Position numbers and translations under genes: made by a program
DNA from: Macrostomum lignano
Taxonomy: Eukaryota
Direction of reading: 5' to 3'
Assembly: GCA_002269645.1 (NCBI GenBank)
Contig: NIVC01001646.1
Span: 62,001 to 126,000 of the forward strand
DNA: 64,000 bases
Notes under the pieces: model-generated
Seen by the model: the letters and a program-made list of their open reading frames with translations, nothing else
Database searches by the model: none
Told to the model about the DNA's origin: nothing
In this document: in pieces, positions 49,818 through 61,569 of the stretch
Layout: every line of letters begins with the position of its first letter
Position numbering within the stretch: position 1 is the stretch's first letter

Positions 49818-51872
49818 CTAAGCTTGTTGCTACCCAGTGACCGGGAGATCCTATCAGTTCCCTCGGGGTCGTAAAAACATGACAGGTGCGGCCATAAATC
49901 AATCAAAATCGCAACAAAATGATTTATGACTTTTCGCGTAGAATTGACAAAAATTAATGAAAAAATATACATTAGAAAGCTTTTATTAAATAGAAACTGA
50001 AGATAATGAAGAGAAATCGCTAATTGCTAATCCCAAAGTACTTTTAGGGGTAAAACGCATAGCTGTCAAAAGCTGTCACACGCTTGAGTGAACACGAACA
50101 ATAGGCCCTGCTCTCATAAATCTTGATGACCTGTCAAAATGATGGGAAAAGAGCTATCATTCGCATCCCCTCAGACCATCTGGCGCCCGCCTCAACACTG
50201 AGTGAGGCGCAGGTGGCTGTCAGACCAGCTTCGAAAGCGATGATTTATGACCCAAAAAGCTGCGCCTATATGTTATTATGACTACTAGTATGACCAAACA
50301 TTATATCTAGCATAGATTCTATCCTAAAAAGGATAAAAATGCCCATTGCCCACTGTTAGTAGGCTAGTAAGTTTAGGGCCCATGTGCTAGCGCGGGATTT
50401 AGAAAAAAGCACTTACGCTCCCACTTTCAGTAGAGTAGTAGATAAATCATCTGTATAATGTATTATTTATAACGTGATCACATCTCTGGCTCTTAAATTT
50501 ATCCATCGTGCAGTTTTTCTAAGTTGACTAAAGGAAGTGCTTATCCCCAGGGTCCCGTGTCGATAACTCTATTTTATTCACACGCCCCGCCGCCCCCCCC
50601 CCTAGGATCCGCCACTTGTTCTAATAAACGATTTGATAAGGATCAAGTAAGTTTCTAGGTCGGATCGATCGTGTTGCACCCTAATACCAAGGATTACTTA
50701 CATGTAAGTCGGACGGGAAACTACGTTTCATGGTAAATTTTAAGAAGGCAGATATTTTTTGAAAAAAACATTACGGAGACACAATGTACAAGTTATTCTT
50801 TTTACAGCACAAAAAAAGAATTATTGCATGCTTTTGATTAGGAGGCAGAACCAATGTTCGTCTTCACATGTTTTGCCTTTATTATAGCAATTCCTATTGA
50901 TATTTAGAGCTTTTGTTTAGAAAATTAGGATTCTATGTTAATTTTGTATATCGAACGAACATGTCCTATCCTATATACTTTACATGTGACTTAAAAATAA
51001 TAATAAATTTAAATGTATGGCGACTCGACTCATCGGCTTTATAAATCTATCTTTATCATCTCGGTTATACATATTGACAAAATGAATTGTTACACAGTCA
51101 GCAAAGAATTTATGTACCTAATCCTTGGTAAAACATGTAAATGATATGTACTAACTAAGTGATTATAAAGGATTGTGGCCGTGGTGGAATTTACAACGCT
51201 ACTTGTAACCAGTTTTAATAAAAGTAAATGATTTAAATCAGAGCAAGTGCAAGCAGCATTTTTAGCTTTAAATTTTAGTGTTCAAAACAGGTCAAAACTC
51301 AGGATTCACACATATATCTCGTAAAATTATGGTAATACAAGAATGTATTAAGCTTAGGATTTGTTAATGTTAATATTAGCTTCATCGATGTTTCATCGAA
51401 TTTTTTTTCTACGAAACGCCGGTTGCCGACAATGGCCTAGATTATTATTTGGCCAGTAGTTGTAATTCCTCCAGTCTTGTTTATTAAAATGATTTTGTAC
51501 TTTTTAGAACCAAATCACATTAAAAAACTAAAAGTACCCCCTTGCTATTTGAAGAACCCATTCTTGGTAGCTAGCCATGCCCATCCAGTCTGTTTTTTTT
51601 GTCAGAATTTAGAAATAGCAGAATCCAAAATCTGCATACCATTCCCAATAGCATCAACCACAACCAATAAAAGCAACATTTCATGTTTTATGATTGCTCA
51701 TGATACAGAGTATAAAATCTTAGAAACCAGCGAAAGCTGAGGAAAAATTTGACATTTAGCACAAAAAGTTTGATGCCAATTTGAAAGTCAGGCAATCTTC
51801 TAGTTTCGCACGTTTAATTCAAACTGTTTTTAAAACGACAGTTAACGACAGTTTTGTTTTATGTTTTATGCC

Positions 51873-52161
51873 TCAGACGGCATAATAGTGCGCCACCCAG
51901 AAAAGGATGTTCCCAAAGGTGTTGCGTGGGTGGCAGCGATGCCAGAGAAATTCGTCCAAGTGGGTGTCAAACAGGGCCTTGGATGTGCCATGCATGGCCC
52001 TGAAATGGGCCTTAGCGTGGGCCCATGTGCCCTCCACTGTGTTCGTGTGGACTTCTGGGTGGTTAGGGTCCACAAAGTGCAGCCAGTGGTTCACCGTCAA
52101 ATGATTGGGCAGTTGGTTGTATGCTTGCCACTGGTCGGTGATAATGCGAGTACCTGCTTTG
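51873..52161 (-). mobile_element. Merlin / ISXO2 (IS1595-like) DDE transposase, C-terminal fragment
   Basis: AGTRIITDQWQAYNQL..HLTVNH..FVDP..VHTNTVEGTWAHAK..GT..YLDEF-type motif (here HLDEFLWHR) is typical of ISXO2/Merlin transposases, with the second D and the E present. It is preceded by an acceptor-like ttattttcag. N-terminal half and TIRs not found. Confidence 0.85.
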
Positions 52162-53399
52162 CTGAAAATAATTAAAAATGCTTTAAAATAATAAAACATG
52201 CAAAACTAAAAGATTGCCAAAAGTCAATATGCCATGACATCTGTATATTATTCTTATTTCAAATGCAATGCCCAAAAATATAAATTGAATTGTGTTAGTT
52301 TTTTAAAAAAAGGATTAATACTATTTTACATTAAGCAAAAACAAACACTCACATGTTTTCTTTCTTTAGTAATATCAATTCATGTTCAGACCTATGCATT
52401 TGCTTCTCTCTCATTCAGGGCTATCTAACTTTGCTACCCATGGTTGCATCATATTGGCTTAATAGACTTAAAAATTCATCATCTTTCTGCATCTAGATAA
52501 TTGCCTGAAGATGCCAATTGTTTGGCAAAAGCAAAATATGTCATATAAAATAATATTAATATTAATATTATTTATATAAAGAAAGACAATATGCAAATGC
52601 TTGTTTTTGCTTTCATTCTCCTAACTTTCCTTAAACAACGTACCCTACTTCAATTTTATATAAACATTAAAATGTAACCTCTTTTGTGGACATTTGATCT
52701 ACTATAATAGCAATGGCTATCTAGTCAACCTTATAACATGCCATTTTATATCTTCTACCTACATGATACAACCATAAGCTAATAGATTTCTCTATATTTT
52801 ATACATCTTTGTTGCTATATACTTATTCTTTTTAAAATTCAAAAAGTCTAGTTCTAAAGTATTAGACATATATGTTAGTCTAGAAATATTACAATTTTTT
52901 AATTTTTCTAATTCAATCATATTTGTTTCAATTTATCACAAATATATACTTTAGACAATAGAACCATAATTTTTCTAAAATCAATTGTGACACACACTAA
53001 CAACTCAGTTTAGTATGTAAGATTTAAATTTATTAGTATTTTTAAAAAGTTACTTTAAAAAATAAGAAATAGTTTTTAATGTTTTTTTTTGCTAGTTTTG
53101 GTCTAAAATATTAATAATATACTAATATAAGATAATATGAAAATCATATAAAAGATTAAAAATTATACTAAACATACTATTTCTTTCTAATTTTATCATA
53201 GGTTTAGGGGTTAGCAAAATGGATAGCAATGCCTCCTTGCTGCATCTAGATAGTAGATACGTAAAACCCCTTATAGCTAAGTCAAATAAAGTTTATCATA
53301 GGTCATTAAAACTATTAAACAATCTAGACAATATAAACTATTAAACAATATGATACAGCTAAGAGCTGTCTTTTACCTATGCTATTTTATTATAGTCTA

Positions 53400-54460
53400 C
53401 TCTATATAGTCTACTCATTGCTGTCTCATTATAGGCTATACTCATTGTCATTACAGTCTGTACTCATTACAGTCTACTCATTACAGTCTGTACTAATTGA
53501 GTACTGTACTCATTGTTGTCTCATTGCAATCTGTGCTCAGTGCAGTCTGTACTCATTGCAGTCTGTGCTCATTGCAATCTGTGCTCAGTGCAGTCTGTAC
53601 TCATTGCAGTCTGTGCTCATTGCAGTCTGTGCTCATTGCAGTTTGTGACTGTGCTCATTGCAGTCTGTGCTCATTGCAGTCTGTGACTGTGCTCATTGCA
53701 GTCTGTACTCATTGCAGTCTGTACTCATTGCAGTCTGTACTCATTGCAGTCTGTACTCATCGCAGTCTGTGCTCATTGCAGTCTGTACTCATTGCAGTCT
53801 GTGCTCATTGCAGTCTGTACTCATTGAAGTCTGTACTCATTGCAGTCTGTACTCATTGCAGTCTGTGCTCATTGCTGTCTCATTGCAGTCTGTGCTCATT
53901 GCTGTCTCATTGCTGTCTCATTGCAGTCTGTTCTCATTGCAGTCTGAACTCATTGCTGTCTCATTGCAGTCTGTGCTCATTGCAGTCTGTGCTCATTGCT
54001 GTCTCATTGCAGTCTGTGCTCATTGCAGTCTGTGCTCATTGCAGTCTGTGCTCATTGCAGTCTGTACTCATTGCAGTCTGTGACTGTGCTCATTGCAGTC
54101 TGTGACTGTGCTCATTGCAGTCTGTACTCATTGCTGTCTCATTGCAGTCTGTGCTCATTGCAGTCTGTGCTCATTGAAGTCTGTACTCATTGCTGTCTCA
54201 TTGCAGTCTGTGCTCATTGCAGTCTGTGCTCATTGCAGTCTGTACTCATTGCTGTCTCATTGCAGTCTGTGCTCATTGCAGTCTGTGCTCATTGCAGTCT
54301 GTGCTCATTGCAGTCTGTGCTCATTGCAGTCTGTGCTCGTTGCAGTCTGTACTCATTGCTGTCTCATTGCAGTCTGTGCTCATTGCAGTCTGTGCTCATT
54401 GCAGTCTGTACTCATTGCAGTCTGTGACTGTGCTCATTGCTGTCTGTACTCTTTGCTGTC
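53400..54460. repeat. ~16-bp minisatellite (ctcattgcagtctgtg) abutting the centrin start
   Basis: Direct reading. Confidence 0.95.
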
Positions 54461-54466
54461 TCATGC

Positions 54467-55551
54467 ATGTCGACCTTCAAGAAGCCAAGCCCTGGCGGCG
54501 GCCAGAAGAAGAAGACGGCCGGCATCAAGCTGGAGCTGTCCGAGGAGCAGAAGCAGGAGATTCGCGAAGCATTTGACCTATTTAATAACGACGGCTCCGG
54601 CACCATCGACATCAAGGAACTGAAGGTGGCCATGCGGGCGCTCGGCTTCGAGCCCAAGAAAGAAGAGATTAAGAAGCTGATTGCCGAGTACGACAAGGAA
54701 GGCACAGGTGAGGGCTTCTTCGAGCTTTTATTAGGAGATTCATTCTGCAGTGGGGTGGGCAGGTTGACTGTAGGCCTCAGTCTAGTTGCAGACATGTGCT
54801 ACTTTTTTTAATCGTTTGGTAGACAGCCTGTCAATTAATACTGTGTTCCCCAGGTGTTCTCATGTGTTCCCCAGCTGTTCTTATGTGTTACCCAGCAGTT
54901 CATATGTGTTCCCCACTGTTCTTATGTGTCCCCCAGTGTTCTATGTGTTCCCCAGCTGTTCTTATGTGTTCCCTAGGTGTTCTTTTGTGTTCCCCAGGTG
55001 TTCTCATGTGTTCCCCAGGTGTTCTCATGTGTTCCCCAGGTGTTCTCATGTGTTCCCCAGGTGTTCTCATGTGTTCCCCAGGTGTTCTCATGTTCCCCAG
55101 GTGTTCTCATGTGTTCCCCAGGTGTTCTCATGTGTTCCCCAGGTGTTCTTATACAATTTTCCATGTGCTGGACGAGTACCTGATGATGTTCCATCTGTTC
55201 TATCTTCTTCTATGAGCTCTCACAATTAAATTTTCTACATTGTATTAATTAACGAAACCCGACTTCCTCCACGAAGGCACCATCGACTTTAACGACTTCC
55301 TAAGTATGATGACCAGCAAGATGACGGAGAAAGACTCGAAGGAGGAGATTCTCAAAGCCTTCCGCCTATTCGACGACGACGAGACTGGCAAGATTTCGTT
55401 TAAAAATTTGAAACGCGTTGCCAAGGAGCTGGGCGAGAATCTCACAGACGAGGAGCTTCAGGAGATGATCGACGAAGCCGACAGGGACGGCGACGGCGAG
55501 ATTAACGAGTCGGAATTTCTGCGGATTATGAAGAAGACCAGCCTGTATTGA
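54467..55551 (+). CDS. CETN2: Centrin (centrin-2/1 type, 4 EF-hands), 171 aa. Exons 54467-54707 and 55277-55551
   Basis: Joined protein has [49 protein letters not shown]|[67 protein letters not shown], close to human CETN2 as I recall it. Phase-1 intron: ACAG|gtgagg ... acgaag|GC. Confidence 0.95.
54845..55150. repeat. 21-bp minisatellite in the centrin intron (gttccccaggtgttctcatgt)
   Basis: Direct reading. Confidence 0.92.
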
Positions 55552-55734
55552 GCTGCTTTGTATACTTGGTATAATTTATATTGTAGTGCTTATCTGGCTT
55601 ATTCCTACGTTTTTATTGGACCATAGACCTACTCGACTTGTTGCTTTTGTTTTTTTTAAGATTCACTAAGCTTTTTAGTCACTGATAGGCTTTAGCTCTA
55701 AGCCAAAATCCTATTTTCACCGCACAGAACCCGG

Positions 55735-56080
55735 GAACCCCAATCTAGGACGGGGAATCCCAATATTAGGACGGGAATCCCAATCTTCGGACGGGGAATC
55801 CCAATATTAGGATGGGGAATCCCAATCTTAGGACGAGAAATCCCAATATTAGGATGGGGAATCCCAATCTTAGGACAGGCATCCCAATATTGGAACGGGG
55901 AATCACAATCTTAGGACGAGCATCCCAATATTAGAACGGGGAATCCCAATATTAGGACGGGGAATTCCAATGTTAGGACAGGGAATCCCAATCTTAGGAC
56001 GGGCATCCCCATATTAGAACGGGGAATCCCAATCTTGGTGCGGGGAATCCTAATTTTATCAAGGGGAATCACAACATTAG
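55735..56080. repeat. ~21-22-bp degenerate minisatellite (ggggaatcccaatattaggac)
   Basis: Direct reading. Confidence 0.85.
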
Positions 56081-56811
56081 AATGGAGTCTGAATATCCTA
56101 GGTTGAGTGTCCCAATCTTAGGTCAGTTAATCGCAACTATTAACTCACTAATAGTATTCAGATAAGAACAAAAAGTTGTATTATGGTTAGAGACATAAGC
56201 ATATTTATAATAATACACGTGAACGTGTCCTCTAAGACCATGTAATAGCTGAATTAGGAACCGTCTCGACCTATTGATTGACGGGCTTCTCGTGCTGGCT
56301 ATATTTTGCCCTAACTAAACTACTTATGCAACTGTTATAAGGATTATATTTGCAAATTTTCACTCAATCTTTGTGTCTATTATCCTTTAGATCTTAATTT
56401 TTCCGTATTGTGACTTCAGCGTTGACCTTTTATTAATTTCCTGCTGTTAAACATTGCAGTTTTGCGTGCTTGTCTTTGTGTTTCTTTTTAAAATCCAGTT
56501 TTACACTCTTTCTGTCAACATTCTGCTATTATAGAAATATATATAGTCTATATATTCACTGTTGTATAGGACTCTGAAATAAGGCTATTAAAAATCGATA
56601 TGGACTTTATTAATTGTAGCAAGTGATTTGTCTTCGTTTCTGTTTGCCACTATGAGTAGTGTTGTATGTTTGTTTGTTTTATTTTTGCTTAAAATTTAAA
56701 ACGTAAATTTAAAATCTGCAGAAAAAGTATGAAATCAACATTTTAATACATTTTTACGAAAATAAACATTCCTTTTTCTTTCTATATATCGTTGGTTGAA
56801 CCCACACGCCT

Positions 56812-57290
56812 CAACACCCCATCAGCTGCAGTCCTAACCCCTTTAAACACCCCATCAGCGGCAGCCCTAACCCCTTTAAACACCCCATCAGCTGCAGCCC
56901 TAACCCCTTTAAACACCCCATCAGCTGCACCTCTAACCCCTTTAAACACCCCATCAGCTGCAGCCCTAACCCCTTTAAACACCCCATCAGCTGCACCTCT
57001 AACCCCTTTAAACACCCCATCAGCTGCAGCCCTAACCCCTTTAAACACCCCATCAGCGGCAGCCCTAACCCCTTTAAACACCCCATCAGCTGCACCCCTA
57101 AGCCCTTTAAACACCCCATCAGCTGCAGCCCTAACCCCTTTAAACACCCCATCGGGTGCAGCCCTAACCCCTTTAAACACCCCATCAGCTGCAGCCCTAA
57201 CCCCTTTAAACACCCCATCAGCTGCACCCCTAAGCCCTTTAAACACCCCATCAGCTGCAGCCCTAACCCCTTTAAACACCCATCCGCTGC
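56812..57290. repeat. 33-bp minisatellite (accccatcagctgcagccctaacccctttaaac)
   Basis: Direct reading; gives an 11-aa ORF repeat. Confidence 0.95.
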
Positions 57291-57330
57291 ACTCTAACCC
57301 CACCGACCTGCCGCTAAAACCCGGTTGCAG

Positions 57331-59820
57331 TGGCTCCGCCTACGCAGAGTCCCCATGTTCGTGTACTGCCCGGCCGAGAACCGCTACCCGGGCTTTGCTG
57401 AATCACTGCTGGGCTGCGTGCGCCGGCTTGGCGCTCCGCCTGGAGCCCGAAGGCCCGGCCGCTCAGCTCAGGTGACCATCGACCTGCTGCCGGATCGCGT
57501 CTGCCTGTCGCCGCTTCGTGCTCGGACTTGCGAATCTATCGACGCTGGACTGCTTGACAGTTCGGCGACGTCAACGCATCACACAGAGCTGCACCGGCCT
57601 GCCGACTGCCCGGTGGCCAAGATTGCCGAAGGTGTCGGTTTGCAGCCTCCCGCTCAGGTGCGGCTGCAACCAGGGGTCTGGTGGCTAGGGGGAGTGTGAG
57701 TGGGAGGGTTAACAAGGGATGTTTAAGCCTCTTAGTTTAGCAGTGTGCTGTGTTTAAGCCTCTTAGGTAGTTTAGCAGTGTGCTGTGTTTAAGCCTATTG
57801 AGTTAGGGTAGTTTAGCAGTGTGGTGTGTTTAAGCCTATTGGGCTAGGGTGTTTAACAATGAGGATTTAAGCCTCTTAGGTAGTTTATTGGTGTCGTGTG
57901 TTTAAGCTCTCTAGGGCAGTTTAAAAATGGAGAGAGAGAGAGGGCTGTTTAAGTATGACACGGGGAGTTTAACAATTAAGCAAAAGGTGTTCATCAGATG
58001 CTTGGCGGAGTGATCACCACAGTCCACCCCTGCTGAATGCTCCCCCTTGCAGCCCGACGCTGCTGACACCCGCCGTCGTTTCACTCGCGTAGCGGCCGCA
58101 GCCGCTATACTGCTGGAATCTGGCGACGGTCGCCTGCTGCTCACCAGGCGCCCGGCCGGCATGTCCGCCTTCCCGGAGGTGTGGGTGCCGCCAGGCGGTC
58201 ATCTGGACCTCGGCGAGACCGCCGCACAGGCAGCGGCCAGAGAGCTGGCAGAGGAGGTCGGCCTGACCCTGCCTGCTGGCGGAGCCGGGCCGCCAATTCG
58301 CCTGCTCACGGCCTGGGAGTCCGTGTTCCCGGCCAGTCTGGACATTGGCTGGCCTGCTAGGCACCATCTGGTGCTGTACTTCCACGCCAGACTGTCGGAG
58401 TCTTCGGCTAGCCTGACCTCGGCCGCCAAGCCGGAGCCGCGCGAGGTGGACCGGCTGGTTTGGATTGACCGCCGGCTGGCCAGGCGGATCGGCGGCACTT
58501 TGCTGCTTGAAGAAGGCGACGGCCTAGCCGATGATGGCGATCGTCAGGTTAGCTGTGCTGCACTTCTGCGACTAGGGCTTGTCTGCTGAGACAGCGAGAG
58601 TGTAAATTAGTGAAGGTCATGCTGAAGAGTGACAGGACGTCATGAAGAGTGACAGAACGTCATGAAGAGTGACAGAACGTCATAAAGAGTGACAGAACGT
58701 CATGAAGAGTGACAGAACATCATGAAGAGTGACAGAACGGCATGAAGAGTGACAGAACGTCATGAAGAGTGACAGAACGTCATGAAGAGTGACAGAACGT
58801 CATTAATAGTGACAGACCGTCATTAATAGTGACAGACCGTCATGAAGAGTGACAGAACGTCATGAAGAGTGACAGAACGTCATTAATAGTGACAGACCGT
58901 CATTAATAGTGACAGACCGTCATGAAGAGTGACAGAACGTCATGAAGAGTGACAGAACGTCATTAATAGTGACAGACCGTCATTAATAGTGACAGACCAT
59001 CATTAATAGTGACAGACCGTCATTAATAGTGACAGAACGTCATGAAGAGTGACAGAGTCATAAAGAGTGACAGAAATTCATAAAGAGTGACAGAACGTCA
59101 TGAAGAGAGAACGTCATGAATAGTGACAGAACGTCATGAAGAGTGACAGAAAGTCATAAAGAGTCACAGAAAGTCATGAAGAGTGACAGAAAGTCACGAA
59201 GAGTGACCGAAAGTCATGAAGAGTGACAGAAAGTCATAAAAACAGTCATAAAGAGTGACAGAAAGTCATAAAGAGTGACAGAACGTCATGAAGAGTGACA
59301 GAGTCATAAAGAGTGACAGAAAGTCATGAAGAGTGACAGAAAGTCATAAAGAGTGACAGAAAGTCATAAAGAGTGACAGAACGTCATGAAGAGTGACAGA
59401 GTCATAAAGAGTGACAGAAAGTCATGAAGAGTGACAGAACGTCATGAAGAGAGAACGTCATAAAGAGTGACAGAAAGTCATAAAGAGTGACAGAAAGTCA
59501 TAAAGAGTGACAGAACGTCATGAATAGAGAACGTCATGAAGAGTGACAGAAAGTCACGAAGAGTCGGAGATCTGGAAGTGTGAGAGACAGTAATAGAGCA
59601 ACACACCAATAGCGCAATCCCCTCCAATTTTCAGAATAGCAGAGAAGAAACTCCAGATGAGGAAACGGTACCCAGCTGGTCTCTGGATAGGTCCGAGGTT
59701 CCGGTACAGGTTTCACAATTGCTCAGCTGCAGGCCTGACGCCAAGAACCGGGTTAGCACCGGGACCAAGATGGCCCTGCTGGAGTGGCTGCGGCTCACTG
59801 AGCAGGATGGGAACTGTTAG
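57331..59820 (+). CDS. NUDT17: NUDT17-like Nudix hydrolase. Exons 57331(acceptor; first ATG 57355)-57657, 58053-58547, 59635-59820
   Basis: Nudix box GGHLDLGETAAQAAARELAEEVGL. NUDT17-type motifs LLLTRR..VWVPPGGH, WESVFP..HHLVLY, LHRPADCP and C-terminal RVSTGTKMALLEWL. Both introns are phase 0 GT-AG (CAG|gtgcgg...ttgcag|CCC; CAG|gttagc...ttttcag|AAT). Stop TAG at 59818-59820. 5' end uncertain. Confidence 0.88.
58615..59562. repeat. 20-bp minisatellite in NUDT17 intron 2 (gtcatgaagagtgacagaac)
   Basis: Direct reading. Confidence 0.95.
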
Positions 59821-59849
59821 TTAGAGCTGGAAATTCAAAACGGTATGAG

Positions 59850-60265
59850 AAAACTGCAGCGATTCTCTGATTGGTTGGGGGAATCGAAAGAACTGCAGCG
59901 ATTCTCTGATTGGTTGGTAGAATAAGAAAACTGCAGCGATTCTCTGATTGGTTAGGAGGAAAGAGAGAACTGCAGCGATTCTCTGATTGGTTGGGAGAAT
60001 AGAGAGAACTGCAGCGATTCTCTGATTGGTTGGGAGAATAGAGAGAACTGCAGCGATTCTCTGATTGGTTGGGAGAATAGAGAGAACTGCAGCGATTCTC
60101 TGATTGGTTGGGAGAATAGAGAGAACTGCAGCGATTCTCTGATTGGTTGGGAGAATAGAGAGAACTGCAGCGATTCTCTGATTGGTTGGGAGAATAGAGA
60201 GAACTGCAGCGATTTTTTGATTGGTTGGGAGAATAGAGAGAACTGCAGCGATTTTTTGATTGGTT
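59850..60265. repeat. 39-bp minisatellite (agagaactgcagcgattctctgattggttgggagaatag)
   Basis: Direct reading; gives a 13-aa ORF repeat. Confidence 0.95.
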
Positions 60266-60446
60266 GATGGGAACTGCAATTTTCTTGTACGTTGGAAGGT
60301 GGTTGATTTTGCAAGTAAGTAATTTATAATTTCACAAATTAACTATTAATTAGCGTATAAGAACTACTGTCTCACTGCGTGTTTTAATGCTAATTTTATT
60401 TCTGGATATTTCATACATTTGTTTTGGCATTTACTCGTAAAGAAGC

Positions 60447-60917
60447 GCTTCCGGACATTTGCCCTCCGGCACTTCCCCTCCGGCACTTGCCCTCCGGCAC
60501 TTCCCCTCGGCGGCGTTTGCCCTCCGGACATTTGCCCTCCGGGACATTTCCCCTCCGGACATTTGCCCTCCGGACATTTCCCCTCGGGGACATTTGCCCT
60601 CGGGGACATTTGCCCTCCGGACATTTGCCCTCCGGACATTTGCCCTCCGGACATTTGCCCTCTGCAAATTTACCCCCTCGCACATTACTCACCTCACCTC
60701 CTCCTGTACCCACCCGTCGTTCCTCCAGCACCAACCTCATCCTCCCGCCTCTTGCATCCATCAGGTTCTTCTCCAGCCAACAACTCATCCTTTTCTAGTA
60801 AGCAATATATACCCGCGCCCTACCCTATCCCCAGCCTTACCTGTACTTTTCCAGAGGGGAAATGTCCGGAGGGCAAATGTCCGGAGGGCAAATGCCGGAG
60901 GGCAAATGTCCGGTAGC
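60447..60917. mobile_element. Non-autonomous foldback / Mutator-like MITE, 471 bp
   Basis: Termini gcttccggacatttgccctccggca and tgccggagggcaaatgtccggtagc are inverted with 1 mismatch in 25. Arms are built of 15-bp GGACATTTGCCCTCC repeats. Exact 11-bp direct repeat cgtaaagaagc at 60436-60446 and 60918-60928. Confidence 0.85.
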
Positions 60918-61074
60918 CGTAAAGAAGCCTAATTCAATGAAAACGAGATGATCACTAGAGTTTTTAATTCTAATCTGTTCAAATATAAACTATATTTATA
61001 ATATTTCTTTACCAATCAGTTACTCTGACTGGTCTTAACTTTTTAATATTGATGAACTGAGTTGATATATTAAT

Positions 61075-61540
61075 AAGTTAGCATTTGATACATTGATAAG
61101 TTGAGATTGATAAGTTGATATTTAGTAAATGTCTAGTTTGATAGATTGATTAGTTGATATTAAATTAATGTCTAGTTTGATAGATTGATTAGTTGATATT
61201 AAATTAATGTCTAGTTTGATAGATTGATTAGTTGATATTAAGTAAATGTCTAGTTTGATAGATTGATTAGTTGATATTTAGTAAATGTCTAGTTTGATAG
61301 ATTGATTAGTTGATATGAAATTAATGTCTAGTTTGATAGATTGATTAGTTGATATTTAGTAGATAGCTAGGTTGATAGATTGATAAGTTGATATTTAGTA
61401 GATAGCTAGGTTGATAGATTGATAAGTTGATATTTAGTAGATAGCTAGGTTGATAGATTGATAAGTTGATATTTAGTAGATAGCTAGGTTGATAGATTGA
61501 TAAGTTGATATTTAGTAGATAGCTAGGCTGATAGATTGAT
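61075..61540. repeat. 39-bp AT-rich minisatellite, two related unit types, upstream of the carrier exon
   Basis: gtctagtttgatagattgattagttgatattaaattaat, then agatagctaggttgatagattgataagttgatatttagt. Confidence 0.92.
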
Positions 61541-61569
61541 ACGGTGCTGCTATTATCGTGAACCCGCAG

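Noticed and set aside
54708-54811. Read-through of centrin exon 1 ([12 protein letters not shown]...)
   Set aside because: Intron sequence; centrin similarity resumes only at 55277 in the matching phase.
60915-60930. ccgtaaagaagcc resembles my recollection of the Macrostomum SL 5' end (CCGTAAAGACGG)
   Set aside because: Only about 9 nt match, no SL exon/GT donor/Sm site follows, and the sequence is explained as the MITE's TSD.
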